Virus record (IMG/VR): IMGVR_UViG_3300025383_001098
Reading direction: 5' to 3' (one strand)
Source: a virus
Length of the DNA: 64,000 nucleotides
Under the pieces are notes generated by a model. It did not search any database. It saw nothing but the letters and a program-made list of their open reading frames with translations, and was not told the origin of the DNA. Below, one piece after another: positions 18,741 through 29,273 of this stretch (position 1 is its first letter; the number at the start of each line of letters is the position of its first letter). The position numbers and the translations under genes are program-made.

Positions 18741-19540
18741 AGAAATTAATCGTATGTGGTGACAGTTTTGCTGCACCTTCAAAACCATTGCCGGGTACGG
18801 CTTTTGGTGAAGTACTGGCTCGGAAGTTAGGCTGGGACGTTGAAATTTTAGCACGTCAAGGTTGTAGCAATGGTGGTATTCGCATACAAATAGATGAAGT
18901 ACTTAGACAACGTCCTGACTTCGCAATCATTGCGCCCACATTTCACGACCGCATAGAAATTCCTGCCGGTGCTGCACCCTATGTTCCTCCGCCCAATGAA
19001 AAGAAAACCTGGGACAACGATTTACAACGTCACCTGCAACAAAATCACAACAACGGATACGACCCAGAGGCAGGTATCAACAATGTAAACTATGGTAACA
19101 ATCCTTACCGTATGATTTGCGAAACTATTTTTAGTTTAGTAGAAAACTATCCGCATCCTTATAGATCGAATAAAATAGATCGAGATACTCAAGCCGCCGT
19201 CAAGCAGTATGTAAATTTTATGTACGATAGTAATTGGAAGCTACAACAGGATCGCTGGATTATACGTGATGGTATTATGCAGTTATTCTACGCTAACATA
19301 CCATTCCTATTAATAGCCTGTAATATCTGGACCAGCAATACAGTTAGAGAGCAATTTCCTGCGGTAGTGCCCGACAAATATATGACTACACGCTACGAAC
19401 ATACTACCGCTTATGCTGTTAACGAGTGGCCATTTACCACAAAAGAAGATCCTGGATATCACGGTGATCCTAAGAGCCAAGAGTATCTGGCTGATACTTA
19501 TTATAAGATTATTACAGAACAATTTGGAATACTACCGTGA
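18731..19540 (+). CDS. SGNH/GDSL-like hypothetical protein
   Basis: VCGDSF; GCSN; C-terminal YH. Confidence 0.55.
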   Translation: MAIKKLIVCGDSFAAPSKPLPGTAFGEVLARKLGWDVEILARQGCSNGGIRIQIDEVLRQRPDFAIIAPTFHDRIEIPAGAAPYVPPPNEKKTWDNDLQRHLQQNHNNGYDPEAGINNVNYGNNPYRMICETIFSLVENYPHPYRSNKIDRDTQAAVKQYVNFMYDSNWKLQQDRWIIRDGIMQLFYANIPFLLIACNIWTSNTVREQFPAVVPDKYMTTRYEHTTAYAVNEWPFTTKEDPGYHGDPKSQEYLADTYYKIITEQFGILP

Positions 19541-20478
19541 CAGATAATACCATAACACATTCAGAAGAAGATTTTGATTGGTTTAAACAAAACGGCATAT
19601 TCATGCCTATGATTAATGATACCATTCGTAACATTAGATATAAACAAGCAATCGAGCAAGCAGTACCAGGCAAAGTGGTCTGTGATATCGGCACAGGTAC
19701 AGGACTATTAAGTATTCTGGCTGCCAAAGCTGGCGCAACAAAAGTCTATAGTGTAGAAATGGATCCAGGTCGTGCGGAGTTTGCTCGTAACATTATTCGG
19801 CAAGTTGGGTTAGACAATGTAATTGAAGTTATACACAGTAACTTTTTTAACACAGATATTTCAGCTGATGTTTATATCAGCGAAACCATTGGCAGTCAAT
19901 TGTTCAACGAAAACATTATTAATATTAGCCGCCACGCACTACGCCACGGTGGGATATTTTTACCTAACAGTTTTGATTTATGGTTAGAGTTATATGATGA
20001 TCATCCCATCTTTCCTTTGGTAATTGACTCCAGCCAGGCTTTTGAATTCCAACCCGATATTGAAATTGATCCAGTATTTGAAAATTTAATCAATACACAA
20101 TTTCAAACTCGTCATCCTAAAGACAGTACACTATATCAAGCAAACACAGTCAACAGCTTCTTTACTATGTTGCCACGTTTTACCGACTTAAAGTTAAATA
20201 AAGTCTACGAAACCAAGCCCATACGCATCGATTTAAGCCAACAAATTGACGAAAACAATATACGATTAACTATCCCAGCTTCTTGTATTCCCGACACAGA
20301 CACCAAGGTAGTTGTGATGTTTTGGACAGCTAATATGTTTGGTGATATTCAAATGCCGGTAAAAGAAACCTGGTGGGGCAATCCTATCAAAACTATACTG
20401 CCTCATATTAAACAAGATGGTAGTGATATCACAATGTGGTATGATCCACGAATTAGTAATTGGAGACTAAGCTACTGA
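19537..20478 (+). CDS. PRMT-like SAM-dependent methyltransferase
   Basis: MINDTIRN; VCDIGTGTGLL; VYSVE; ISETIGSQLFNE double-E loop; GGIFLP. Confidence 0.75.
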   Translation: MTDNTITHSEEDFDWFKQNGIFMPMINDTIRNIRYKQAIEQAVPGKVVCDIGTGTGLLSILAAKAGATKVYSVEMDPGRAEFARNIIRQVGLDNVIEVIHSNFFNTDISADVYISETIGSQLFNENIINISRHALRHGGIFLPNSFDLWLELYDDHPIFPLVIDSSQAFEFQPDIEIDPVFENLINTQFQTRHPKDSTLYQANTVNSFFTMLPRFTDLKLNKVYETKPIRIDLSQQIDENNIRLTIPASCIPDTDTKVVVMFWTANMFGDIQMPVKETWWGNPIKTILPHIKQDGSDITMWYDPRISNWRLSY

Positions 20479-21011
20479 TGCGAGCCATTACAGTAGTTGC
20501 ACATCCTGACGATTGTGTTATATTTGCCTGGCCCTTTATTGAAGCCCATCCAGAATTTTCTTGGACTATTCTATATCTTACCTATACTCCATGGGAACCC
20601 CGAGCTAAAGAGATCTCTGCTTATTGGCAACAGTACAACATACCTACAATATTTTTAGGGTTTCAAGATGATTGGGAATATGTTAAACTTGGTGAATTGG
20701 GGTTTGACGGCAAACAGGCCTCTGCCGAAATAGCCGGTATAGCAAAAGAATATGATTTGATATTAACACATTTTGAAGATGGGGACTACGGCCACGTACA
20801 TCATAAATTTGTAAATCAATCAGTTCAACCAATTGATAAGCCAAAGGTTTACTTTGCCAGTACTTTCAATTATAATACAGAATATAAAGTACAGAATCCT
20901 GTGATGACCGACCAATTACCTTTACATAAATCAGTTATAGAAGAATTCCAGGATCGAAATATCGGGAGATACATAGTGACACCAACAGCAGAAAGTTTAT
21001 TAAAACAATGA
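20478..21011 (+). CDS. PIG-L/LmbE-like deacetylase
   Basis: VVAHPDD; LTH...GDYGHVHH. Confidence 0.75.
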   Translation: MRAITVVAHPDDCVIFAWPFIEAHPEFSWTILYLTYTPWEPRAKEISAYWQQYNIPTIFLGFQDDWEYVKLGELGFDGKQASAEIAGIAKEYDLILTHFEDGDYGHVHHKFVNQSVQPIDKPKVYFASTFNYNTEYKVQNPVMTDQLPLHKSVIEEFQDRNIGRYIVTPTAESLLKQ

Positions 21012-21511
21012 GAATATTAACGCTCGACAATCGTAGTTATGAAATGAATGAAATACCCAACGAAATTGATGAACTTAATTTCTGTGTATTAGACAATAGT
21101 AACCCTAAAGAACCTGACTACTTTTATATTCCCTTGATCTTTATGGAGAGTTTTAACAGCCCTGCTTTGGTGTTAAAGATTGGAAAGCACATTGTTAAAA
21201 TGCCGGTGGATTGGCAACTATTGATTGGCGAAAAAGACATGGGCGACTTAGAAGTTGTACCATTGACCAGTATCAATGATCGCGGATTTAGTGCATTTGC
21301 ATTTAATCCTAAAACAAGTTTCCGTCCTGACTTTTATCCTGTAGAGATTGTAGACATTTATCAAGATGTTAAGTGGTACTTTCCTAAACTTAAACCTGGA
21401 CAACTATTAGCAGTACCCTTAGAAGAGGGTGTAGACGGCCCGATGTGTGCTTATTTCGTTAAAGACATTAGTCGCCAAAGCGAAGTAGTAGATTACAATA
21501 AGGTATGGTAA
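21008..21511 (+). CDS. hypothetical phage protein
   Basis: coupled ORF; no recognised motif. Confidence 0.7.
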   Translation: MRILTLDNRSYEMNEIPNEIDELNFCVLDNSNPKEPDYFYIPLIFMESFNSPALVLKIGKHIVKMPVDWQLLIGEKDMGDLEVVPLTSINDRGFSAFAFNPKTSFRPDFYPVEIVDIYQDVKWYFPKLKPGQLLAVPLEEGVDGPMCAYFVKDISRQSEVVDYNKVW

Positions 21512-21512
21512 T

Positions 21513-21758
21513 ATGAGTCGACTTAAACCTGGTGCTACTTACATTTATGAACGTGTAGAAGGAACTATATATGCCCGCGAAGCAGGCAAGAAGGACAGGT
21601 TTGTCATTGGATACGACTACGACTTAGACACAAAAGCTGGCCTTAAAGAAGATCAACTCTGGGCAGACATACGTCATGCAGCCACAGACAATCCTACCTT
21701 GCGTAGTGCATTAGAACAATGTATAATCATATACGAACTTTCAAAACAACATGGATAA
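21513..21758 (+). CDS. hypothetical phage protein
   Basis: coupled ORF. Confidence 0.7.
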   Translation: MSRLKPGATYIYERVEGTIYAREAGKKDRFVIGYDYDLDTKAGLKEDQLWADIRHAATDNPTLRSALEQCIIIYELSKQHG

Positions 21759-22218
21759 ACTACACATCGGATATGAACTCGAGCGATTAGATCGTAAAGA
21801 TCGTAATTTTTACGACAGCCTGAGTGATGAAGAAAAGAAAAAGTTCAGCCCATTCTTGATGATTCGATGGGCGGCCAGTATAACCGGCGATTATGATACA
21901 CAGTATTATTATTTGTATAACGTAAATGAAAACCTAAACAGACATTTCTTTGATATCAGTACTGCACAACATAAAAAGTTTCAATGGTTATTGGCCAGTA
22001 CTATAAGCCCGGGCGCCGGCATACAAAAATATCGCTGGTTGGCTGCTAAGAAAAAAGAATCAGGCAACAGTAAAGCAGCAAAGTTGTTGCGTGAATTGTA
22101 TCCAGTGGCCAAAGAAGATGAAATCAAGTTAATGGCAGAACTCAATACCACTGCTGATCTTAAGGATCTGGCTCGTAAACACGGTTGGACAGATCAGCAA
22201 ATTAAAGAGTATCTATGA
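21751..22218 (+). CDS. putative clamp-loader small subunit (T4 gp62-like)
   Basis: KKFSPFLMIRWAAS; N...H; WLAAKKK; LLRELYP pattern; replication context. Confidence 0.5.
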   Translation: MDKLHIGYELERLDRKDRNFYDSLSDEEKKKFSPFLMIRWAASITGDYDTQYYYLYNVNENLNRHFFDISTAQHKKFQWLLASTISPGAGIQKYRWLAAKKKESGNSKAAKLLRELYPVAKEDEIKLMAELNTTADLKDLARKHGWTDQQIKEYL

Positions 22219-22943
22219 ATTTGGTAGTAAATGGCTGTAGCTACATGGAAGGCTATGCCAGTGGCGGTGGGCACATAGATTTAGCCAATCAGTTAGGTCT
22301 TGGTGTAGCTACATCATTGGCCATTGGTGGTAGTGCCAACAGTCGCATACTACGAACAACTCTCAAACACAGTTATCAAGCCTCCCCCACTCTATATGTT
22401 TTAGGCCTAACCTACATTAGTCGCAGTGAACTGCCAATACTTCGTGTTCGCGATAATGATTCATTTGAAGGGCGTTGGTGTAATCCTCAAAATCAAGAAT
22501 TTGCCAGTGACTACGAACACTTTTGGAACCGTACTGAATCAGAACGTTTTGTTGATTTTAAATTAAAGACAGAAGTTTACAGTTTAATTGACAGAGTAGA
22601 AGATTTACAATACCAAATTTTGGCTGCTATAGCAGATTTAAAAACACGCGGGCACTCGGTTTTGGTTTATCAACAGTCAGATGATTCCTATCGGGATCTA
22701 TTAAGTCATCCAAAATTACAATATTTTAAAACGGTACCTAACATCGTTGACGGATTCGGGTGGTATGCTATACAATATCAACACAGCCGTGGAGTACCTG
22801 CAGATACTCCTGCTGACGTTGCAAATTTTATAGGACCACAGGGAACTCCGGAAGAAATACGCCATCGTGCTCCTGGTGAGCATGGTATTTTAAATGAATT
22901 TTTGTGTAACTATATAAGAACAAATCAGTTATTAAATGAGTGA
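22215..22943 (+). CDS. SGNH/GDSL-like hypothetical protein
   Basis: VNGCSY; GSANSRI; C-terminal H...H. Confidence 0.55.
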   Translation: MNLVVNGCSYMEGYASGGGHIDLANQLGLGVATSLAIGGSANSRILRTTLKHSYQASPTLYVLGLTYISRSELPILRVRDNDSFEGRWCNPQNQEFASDYEHFWNRTESERFVDFKLKTEVYSLIDRVEDLQYQILAAIADLKTRGHSVLVYQQSDDSYRDLLSHPKLQYFKTVPNIVDGFGWYAIQYQHSRGVPADTPADVANFIGPQGTPEEIRHRAPGEHGILNEFLCNYIRTNQLLNE

Positions 22944-23628
22944 ACAAGCATATACATGTCGATATTGTGAAAAAGCATTTCGTAAAGAAAGCACACTGGC
23001 CGCACATTTATGTGAACCTAAACGACGTTGGCAACAAGAAAAAGAAACAGGAGTTCAATTAGGACTAAAAGCCTATTTGAGATTTTATGAAATTACACAG
23101 GGTAGCGCCAAGCTAAAAACTTATGCGGATTTTGTTAGCAGTCCTTATTATAACGCTTTCGTCAAATTTGGAAGATACTGTCAATCTATACGTTGTCTCA
23201 ATTTTGCTAACTATCTTGATTGGTTATTACGTAATAATAAAAAAATAGACAACTGGTGTAGCGATCGATTGTATACTGAATGGTTACCGGACTATCTAAA
23301 GAAAGAAGCAGTACAAGATGCCCTTGAACGTGCTCTAAAGGAAATGCAAGACTATGCAGATGATCATCCGGATCTTAAAAATGGCTTTACTGATTATTTT
23401 TCTTACGGAAACACTAATCGTATCTGTTACCATATTTCTACTGGCCGTATTAGTCCATGGATTGTATACAACTGCACATCGGGTGTTGAGTTTCTTGATA
23501 CACTTACCGAAGAGCAAATAGCAATAGTACTGCCCTGGATTGATCCGGAATATTGGCAACGTAAATTTAAAGATTACTTAGCAGATACTGAGTGGGTTAA
23601 GGACATACTATCAAAGGCAGGCCTATGA
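22936..23628 (+). CDS. zinc-finger phage protein
   Basis: CRYCEKAF...LAAHLC N-terminal finger. Confidence 0.7.
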   Translation: MSEQAYTCRYCEKAFRKESTLAAHLCEPKRRWQQEKETGVQLGLKAYLRFYEITQGSAKLKTYADFVSSPYYNAFVKFGRYCQSIRCLNFANYLDWLLRNNKKIDNWCSDRLYTEWLPDYLKKEAVQDALERALKEMQDYADDHPDLKNGFTDYFSYGNTNRICYHISTGRISPWIVYNCTSGVEFLDTLTEEQIAIVLPWIDPEYWQRKFKDYLADTEWVKDILSKAGL

Positions 23629-24203
23629 AGTTTAAGTCAGACATTGACATTGACTTTCCCAACAGAGATACAGCATTAAAGTATCTTGAACATCATCCTG
23701 CGGGCATCATGCGTGAAGGACAATTGATCAAACATAACACAGGTGTTTATGTAACCGATATTCCCACGGATCCATTTACCGGCATTGCCAGCATTGATTA
23801 TCAAGCAGCCGAAGAACGTGGCTATATGAAGTTAGATTTTTTGAATGTATCATTATATACCCATATAAAGAATGAAGCTCATTTAGAAGAATTGATGGCC
23901 AAAGAACCAGCGTGGGATCGACTATACGACCCAGAATTCTGCGGTCGATTAATACACATTGGGAACCATTATCGAACCCTAATTCAAATGCCCGAAGCCG
24001 TTAACAGTATAACACGCATGGCCATGTTCTTGGCAGTTATTCGTCCGGGAAAAAGACACTTAATAGGCCGCCCCTGGGCAGAAGTTGCTGAGACAGTCTG
24101 GGACAAAGATGACGAAGGTTATCAATTTAAACGTAGCCACGCTGTGGCCTACGCACATTTAGTAGTTGTGAATATTAACTTACTCTGCGAACAAGAGTTA
24201 TAG
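23625..24203 (+). CDS. miniature DNA polymerase III alpha (DnaE)-like catalytic core
   Basis: SDIDIDF; KHNTGV; MKLDFLNV; AVIRPG; YQFKRSHAVAYA in DnaE order. Confidence 0.8.
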   Translation: MKFKSDIDIDFPNRDTALKYLEHHPAGIMREGQLIKHNTGVYVTDIPTDPFTGIASIDYQAAEERGYMKLDFLNVSLYTHIKNEAHLEELMAKEPAWDRLYDPEFCGRLIHIGNHYRTLIQMPEAVNSITRMAMFLAVIRPGKRHLIGRPWAEVAETVWDKDDEGYQFKRSHAVAYAHLVVVNINLLCEQEL

Positions 24204-24546
24204 AACGACGCTTACTGCGTTTTTGACTCATTTCTTTTAGGCTCACCTGGGGGCCTAATTTTATATCTACGTCTTTGCTGTTCATGGTCTTGACAGCAAA
24301 TTTAAATTCCTGCCAATCCTGCTTTAAAAATACATTAATAGGTATAATCCTATTACTTTCCCACCACCATACGTCGGCAAACTGTAAAAATCTAATCTTT
24401 TGATCGGGATTTTTTAATGCAGCAAAATCATATATTGTAGTAATCTGTTCGTCAGCATTTTGTACAATGCCAACGTAATCGTTGCCACCGTAGACGAGAT
24501 ATGTTAAGTATGGATACTTCTCTAATAACTGTTTAATTTCTTCCAC
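24175..24546 (-). CDS. hypothetical phage protein
   Basis: fills the gap between + genes; minus-strand TATAAATA at 24597-24604. Confidence 0.7.
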   Translation of the reverse strand: MEEIKQLLEKYPYLTYLVYGGNDYVGIVQNADEQITTIYDFAALKNPDQKIRFLQFADVWWWESNRIIPINVFLKQDWQEFKFAVKTMNSKDVDIKLGPQVSLKEMSQKRSKRRSITLVRRVS

Positions 24547-24578
24547 GATTCTCGCTAAATATGTTAAAAGACAACAAA

Positions 24579-25067
24579 ATGATTACTGTCAAAACATATT
24601 TATATCCAAATTTTGCTGAGGTTCAAGTTTTTGATCCTACAATATTTACAACAAGGAACCGCCAAGTGTACAGCCGCCCAATTAAAGTTTACCAAGGTAT
24701 AGACAACCCTATACAAGTTATAGTTCGAAATCAGGACCAGAAGAGTATTGATCTAACTGGTTACATAATGCAGGCTGAAATACAGGACCCTACAAACGGG
24801 GTAACTGTTGAAAGTTACGCTGTTACTTTTGCCGACATTACCAAGGGATTGGCTAACTTTATAATAGATAAGGCTACAATCAACGCTCTTGAACAGCGTT
24901 TTTACAAGTTAACATTTAAAACAATTAAACAAAGCGATAACACAGAACAACCAATCTACATTGATGATAACTACGGCGTCCCTTTGGATTTACAAGTGTT
25001 ACCGGCTTACTACGCTGAAACAGTCAGCGAAGATACCGAAGTTATATTTGATGGTGGAACAATTTAA
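24579..25067 (+). CDS. virion structural protein (baseplate-upper/BppU-like fold likely)
   Basis: IKVYQG...IDLTGY pattern; C-terminal DGG; CTAAATA upstream. Confidence 0.55.
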   Translation: MITVKTYLYPNFAEVQVFDPTIFTTRNRQVYSRPIKVYQGIDNPIQVIVRNQDQKSIDLTGYIMQAEIQDPTNGVTVESYAVTFADITKGLANFIIDKATINALEQRFYKLTFKTIKQSDNTEQPIYIDDNYGVPLDLQVLPAYYAETVSEDTEVIFDGGTI

Positions 25068-28000
25068 TGACAACATACGCAAACGTAGGCCACATACTAT
25101 TAAAGCGTGGTAATACCGCACAAAGCACAAGCTACACTGGCCCCTTGGGTGAGTTAACTTACGATACAGATTTAGGTACTGTTCGAGTACATGATAATGC
25201 CACAGCAGGTGGCGTTAATGTATTAGCCACACAAGCACAGGTCACTACATTGACCAATAGTTTATCATCAGCGGTTAACACAATTAACAATAATATCAGC
25301 ACCATTACTGGTATTGATGCTACATTTGTTGCCAACATCAATGCATTGTTGGCCAATGCATCTGTGCAAGATGCAGGTATTCAATCACTATGGGCAAATG
25401 CTGCAACACAAAACAGTAGCATACAAACTCTATTTTCTAATGCTGCTGCACAACAAGGACAGATTAATAATTTAACTACGAGTTCGTATGGCAATGCCAA
25501 CGTGGCCACATACTTGCCTCATTATGGCGGAGAAATTCTTGCAAGCAGTATTAACGGTGGTCCATTTAATGGTCGCTGGGCTACACTACAATTCCCTACT
25601 GTTCCTGGCGATGTAGATCTTGTAAATGATGTTGGTAACGTTAATATTATTACCAACGTTGGAACAACCAACCAGTGGACTTTTGACCAGTACGGTTTCT
25701 TGACAATACCCAGTGGAATCATCAATACCCCTGGCAATAATGTGGGAATGACTGCCAATGATACTTCGATAAATTTAGCATCTTGGAACTCTGCTCAGTC
25801 TTCACCAAACAGTATTGTTAATCTTAATCCTGAAAATGTAGTTATTGCCGCTAACGTATACGCCGCTGAGAAACAATGGACATTTAGTCAAGACGGTACA
25901 TTAACCTTCCCAGACAGTACAGTCCAAACAACGGCCTGGCAAGGAGTTACCGCTGGCACTACTGCTCCGGCCAATAACGTGTTATGGTACAATACCACAG
26001 ATGGTCGTTTGTATGTAAAATATAACAGCACCTGGGTTGACGCAAGTCCTACAGTAGCACCTGCCCCAAGTTACTACTTAGGCGACTTAGACATTAGCGG
26101 AAATGTTATTTCATTCCCCAATGGAACGCTAACAGTTGACGGTACAGGTAATTTATTAGTTAACGGTAATTTAGTCACAGGTGGTGGTAGCACGTATGGT
26201 AATGTTGATGTTGCACGATATCTAAATCACTATGACAACTCAATTACCTGGACAGACGGTACACAAATTTTAGTAGACAGCGGTCTTTATCTATCCGCTG
26301 GCCCAGTGGTAGGCATTAATTCCGGAGAAGCCTCTTGGACATTTAATAACACTGGCAGTACAACATTTCCTAATGGTGCCAAGTTAGATGGCGGAACAGC
26401 TTACAAATTTGCAACTGATAATAGCGTAACACAGTATATTGACTTGCGTGACACAAGCCAACGTGGTTTCTATACCGATTCAAACGGATTTACACTAAGA
26501 AGCAACAACTACAACTGGGTTTTTGACGGCACTGGTATTTTGAACTTGCCAAGTTCAACTACTGGCAATTCTTTAATCCAATCCACACATGTAATACAAC
26601 TTAATGCTAACGGTAAGTTCTTTACTTTTGGAACTGATGGTAACTTAAACTTACCTGGCAATATTGCTTTCTCTGATTCAACTGTACAAACTACAGCATT
26701 TAATCCAACATCGGTTGCTGAAATTTTATCAGGTAATGTCACTATTGGTAACTTGTTTGTTAATGGTACTACTGCTACAATTAATACAACTAACTATTCC
26801 GTTGACGATAACATTATTCAAATTGCCAACAACAATCCTGCCGACACATTAGACATTGGTTTTGTAGGACATCGCACACTTAGCGGGCAATTAGAGCACA
26901 CAGGCTTGGTACGTAATGCCAGCTTAAATCAATGGGCTTTGTTTAGTAATGTTGTACCACAACCAGGCACTACAGTAGACTTTACCGACGCTATCTATGA
27001 CGATTTACGTTTAGATAAATTATTTGCAGACACTATTCATTTAAGAGGAACACCGCCTACAACAGTATATGGTGCCGCAGGCGATTTGGCTGGTGATATA
27101 CACATCGACAGCAACTACTTGTATTATTGTACAGCAGACTATACTCCGCACACAAGTACAATGCAGGCCATAATGAATGGTGGAAACATATATGGATATG
27201 TTACTCAATTAGCATTTACAAAGTCAAGCAGCAGTCGCCAACCACAAACGGGTTGGACTATCACTGGCTATGACGGAGTATCCACTGGAAATGTTACACT
27301 TACAATTACCGGTGTTACTGACGGTGGTACTACTTGGTTAGTCGATTTTACCGGCGCCTTGTACGATTTCTTTAATCACAGTATCTGGACATTAACCGAC
27401 AATACGTCACCAGCCACAATTTGGAAAACAATCCCACTTACTGCATTTGGAAATGTTGCATACAGCGACGTCAACGTAGCTTCATACTTGACCTCCGGTA
27501 TATCAAGTAATGTTAAAACGTCAGCAAACGTTGTTGCTTCAAACTATTTGTTTGCTAATGGTGTAAACATTTTATCAACTGTATCGGGTGGCTCAACATA
27601 TTCTAATGCTAACGTAGCCAGCTATCTTGTTGCCAGTGCTCAAACTATCGGCAACTTAACAGTAACAGGTACAACCACGATCGGTAGTACACTACAACTG
27701 GTTGGCAGTACCAATACCATTAGCACAACTAATGGATCATCAGTACAGTTTGGCTCTGGAGTCAACTTCAACAGTTCCACCAGAATTGCTGTAAACGGTA
27801 ATATCCTTGCTCAGAGTGGAACAGCAAGTACAAGTACTAATACTGGTGCTATTCAAGTTAGTGGTGGTGTTGGTGTTAGCGGTAACGTCTACACAGGTGG
27901 TAATGTTACGGCTCCTTACTTTGTTGGTAATGCTGTTGGTACTACTGCAACTTATAGCGGCAACATCATTGCAGGTAATGTTATTACTGCTGGCGCCAGC

Positions 28001-28657
28001 GGACCTAAGACACGTTTCTTATGGGACACGTGGCAAGCTAATTCCACATCGGCATTGAGTTCATTTACTCCAAGTGGTACTATTGGTGGAAATGCTACAT
28101 GGGATAGCACTCAGGCATACGGATTAAAACTAACCACAACTGCTACTTCGCAGTCCGGCTACATTAACTGGAATAGTAGTACAATAAACTATAACTATGA
28201 TATGGTTATAACGACCAGTATTGGTGCCAGCGGCGGTACAGGTGCCGACGGACAATGGATCTACTTTGGATCTAATGCTGCCATAACAGGCAATCCTGGT
28301 AATACCAACACTTATGGTGGCATTGCAGTTATGAACCATTATTATAGTAGTGCAAGTCAATTTGAAGTTTATGTTGGCGGCACACAAACTAATATTCCCT
28401 ATATTGGTAACGGCAGTTATAACACAAGTGGCGTTACATTATGGAACGCCAGTTACACCAGTTTCTACAACTTGACCCTAAAGATTCGCAAGATACAGAA
28501 CGGCAACCGTATGTTGGAAGTGTACCTAAATGAAATATATCAAGGATCGGTTAACATTGGTAACTGGACTCCAGCGGGCAACTACTTTGGTGTAGCGGCA
28601 TACACCGGAGGATCTACTGCTCAAAACTGGGTACGTCAACTAAGAATAGATTGGTAA
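25067..28657 (+). CDS. tail fibre/receptor-binding protein (Mtd-like N-terminus, lectin-like C-terminus)
   Basis: LKRG...GELTYDTD...VHD...GG; YSNANVASYL repeats; WTF..DG.L.FP repeats; FGVAAYTGG C-terminal domain. Confidence 0.8.
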   Translation: MTTYANVGHILLKRGNTAQSTSYTGPLGELTYDTDLGTVRVHDNATAGGVNVLATQAQVTTLTNSLSSAVNTINNNISTITGIDATFVANINALLANASVQDAGIQSLWANAATQNSSIQTLFSNAAAQQGQINNLTTSSYGNANVATYLPHYGGEILASSINGGPFNGRWATLQFPTVPGDVDLVNDVGNVNIITNVGTTNQWTFDQYGFLTIPSGIINTPGNNVGMTANDTSINLASWNSAQSSPNSIVNLNPENVVIAANVYAAEKQWTFSQDGTLTFPDSTVQTTAWQGVTAGTTAPANNVLWYNTTDGRLYVKYNSTWVDASPTVAPAPSYYLGDLDISGNVISFPNGTLTVDGTGNLLVNGNLVTGGGSTYGNVDVARYLNHYDNSITWTDGTQILVDSGLYLSAGPVVGINSGEASWTFNNTGSTTFPNGAKLDGGTAYKFATDNSVTQYIDLRDTSQRGFYTDSNGFTLRSNNYNWVFDGTGILNLPSSTTGNSLIQSTHVIQLNANGKFFTFGTDGNLNLPGNIAFSDSTVQTTAFNPTSVAEILSGNVTIGNLFVNGTTATINTTNYSVDDNIIQIANNNPADTLDIGFVGHRTLSGQLEHTGLVRNASLNQWALFSNVVPQPGTTVDFTDAIYDDLRLDKLFADTIHLRGTPPTTVYGAAGDLAGDIHIDSNYLYYCTADYTPHTSTMQAIMNGGNIYGYVTQLAFTKSSSSRQPQTGWTITGYDGVSTGNVTLTITGVTDGGTTWLVDFTGALYDFFNHSIWTLTDNTSPATIWKTIPLTAFGNVAYSDVNVASYLTSGISSNVKTSANVVASNYLFANGVNILSTVSGGSTYSNANVASYLVASAQTIGNLTVTGTTTIGSTLQLVGSTNTISTTNGSSVQFGSGVNFNSSTRIAVNGNILAQSGTASTSTNTGAIQVSGGVGVSGNVYTGGNVTAPYFVGNAVGTTATYSGNIIAGNVITAGASGPKTRFLWDTWQANSTSALSSFTPSGTIGGNATWDSTQAYGLKLTTTATSQSGYINWNSSTINYNYDMVITTSIGASGGTGADGQWIYFGSNAAITGNPGNTNTYGGIAVMNHYYSSASQFEVYVGGTQTNIPYIGNGSYNTSGVTLWNASYTSFYNLTLKIRKIQNGNRMLEVYLNEIYQGSVNIGNWTPAGNYFGVAAYTGGSTAQNWVRQLRIDW

Positions 28658-28658
28658 T

Positions 28659-29027
28659 ATGATCATCCAAGGTGTTACACCTTTGTTGATCAATACAGGA
28701 ACCAACGACTTGGGTATGTGGGATAGTACTGTTTTTCAGTTTTATCCCTGTGGTTATTCAGTAGCCAGCTTGGCCAATGTCTGGGCGCAGTGGGTAGTAA
28801 CAGGTGACAGCGCCGGCCAATTATTTTATATTAACGGACAGTATGTGGGGCAGGTTACTGCACAGACGTCAGCTGGCAACAGTCACAACATCATTGGCAA
28901 CGTCAGTGGTTCCGGTGGTTTACAACCGTTTGGATATATAGCCAACACATTTTTGTATACTGCCAAGCTCACCCCGACACAAATTGGTCAGAACTACGGA
29001 GCATTACGAACACGGTTTGGGGTATAG
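28659..29027 (+). CDS. LamG/ConA-like structural protein, possibly internally deleted
   Basis: LFYING; GYIA...LY...LT...I.QNY..LR.RFG C-terminus; very short N-terminal part. Confidence 0.55.
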   Translation: MIIQGVTPLLINTGTNDLGMWDSTVFQFYPCGYSVASLANVWAQWVVTGDSAGQLFYINGQYVGQVTAQTSAGNSHNIIGNVSGSGGLQPFGYIANTFLYTAKLTPTQIGQNYGALRTRFGV

Positions 29028-29063
29028 TTACTGGTTGCAATAAATACAATATAGGACACAACA

Positions 29064-29264
29064 ATGATATATTTTCCACCAAGCCCCACAACAGGACAAA
29101 AGTACGTAGGCGTAAACGGCGTTACTTATACCTGGATGGGCGACCGTTGGAGTGGGATAGATGCTCTTGTACAGGGCACAGCAGAATATTATATAGATAA
29201 CGGCAATGCTGGTTATGTATATAATTCCGGAACAGATGCAGAATTAGATGGCGGAACAGCCTAA
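29064..29264 (+). CDS. small fibre-associated protein
   Basis: FPPSPTTGQ...YTW...W; ends LDGGTA; ATAAATA and AGGA upstream. Confidence 0.65.
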   Translation: MIYFPPSPTTGQKYVGVNGVTYTWMGDRWSGIDALVQGTAEYYIDNGNAGYVYNSGTDAELDGGTA

Positions 29265-29273
29265 GGAACCATA

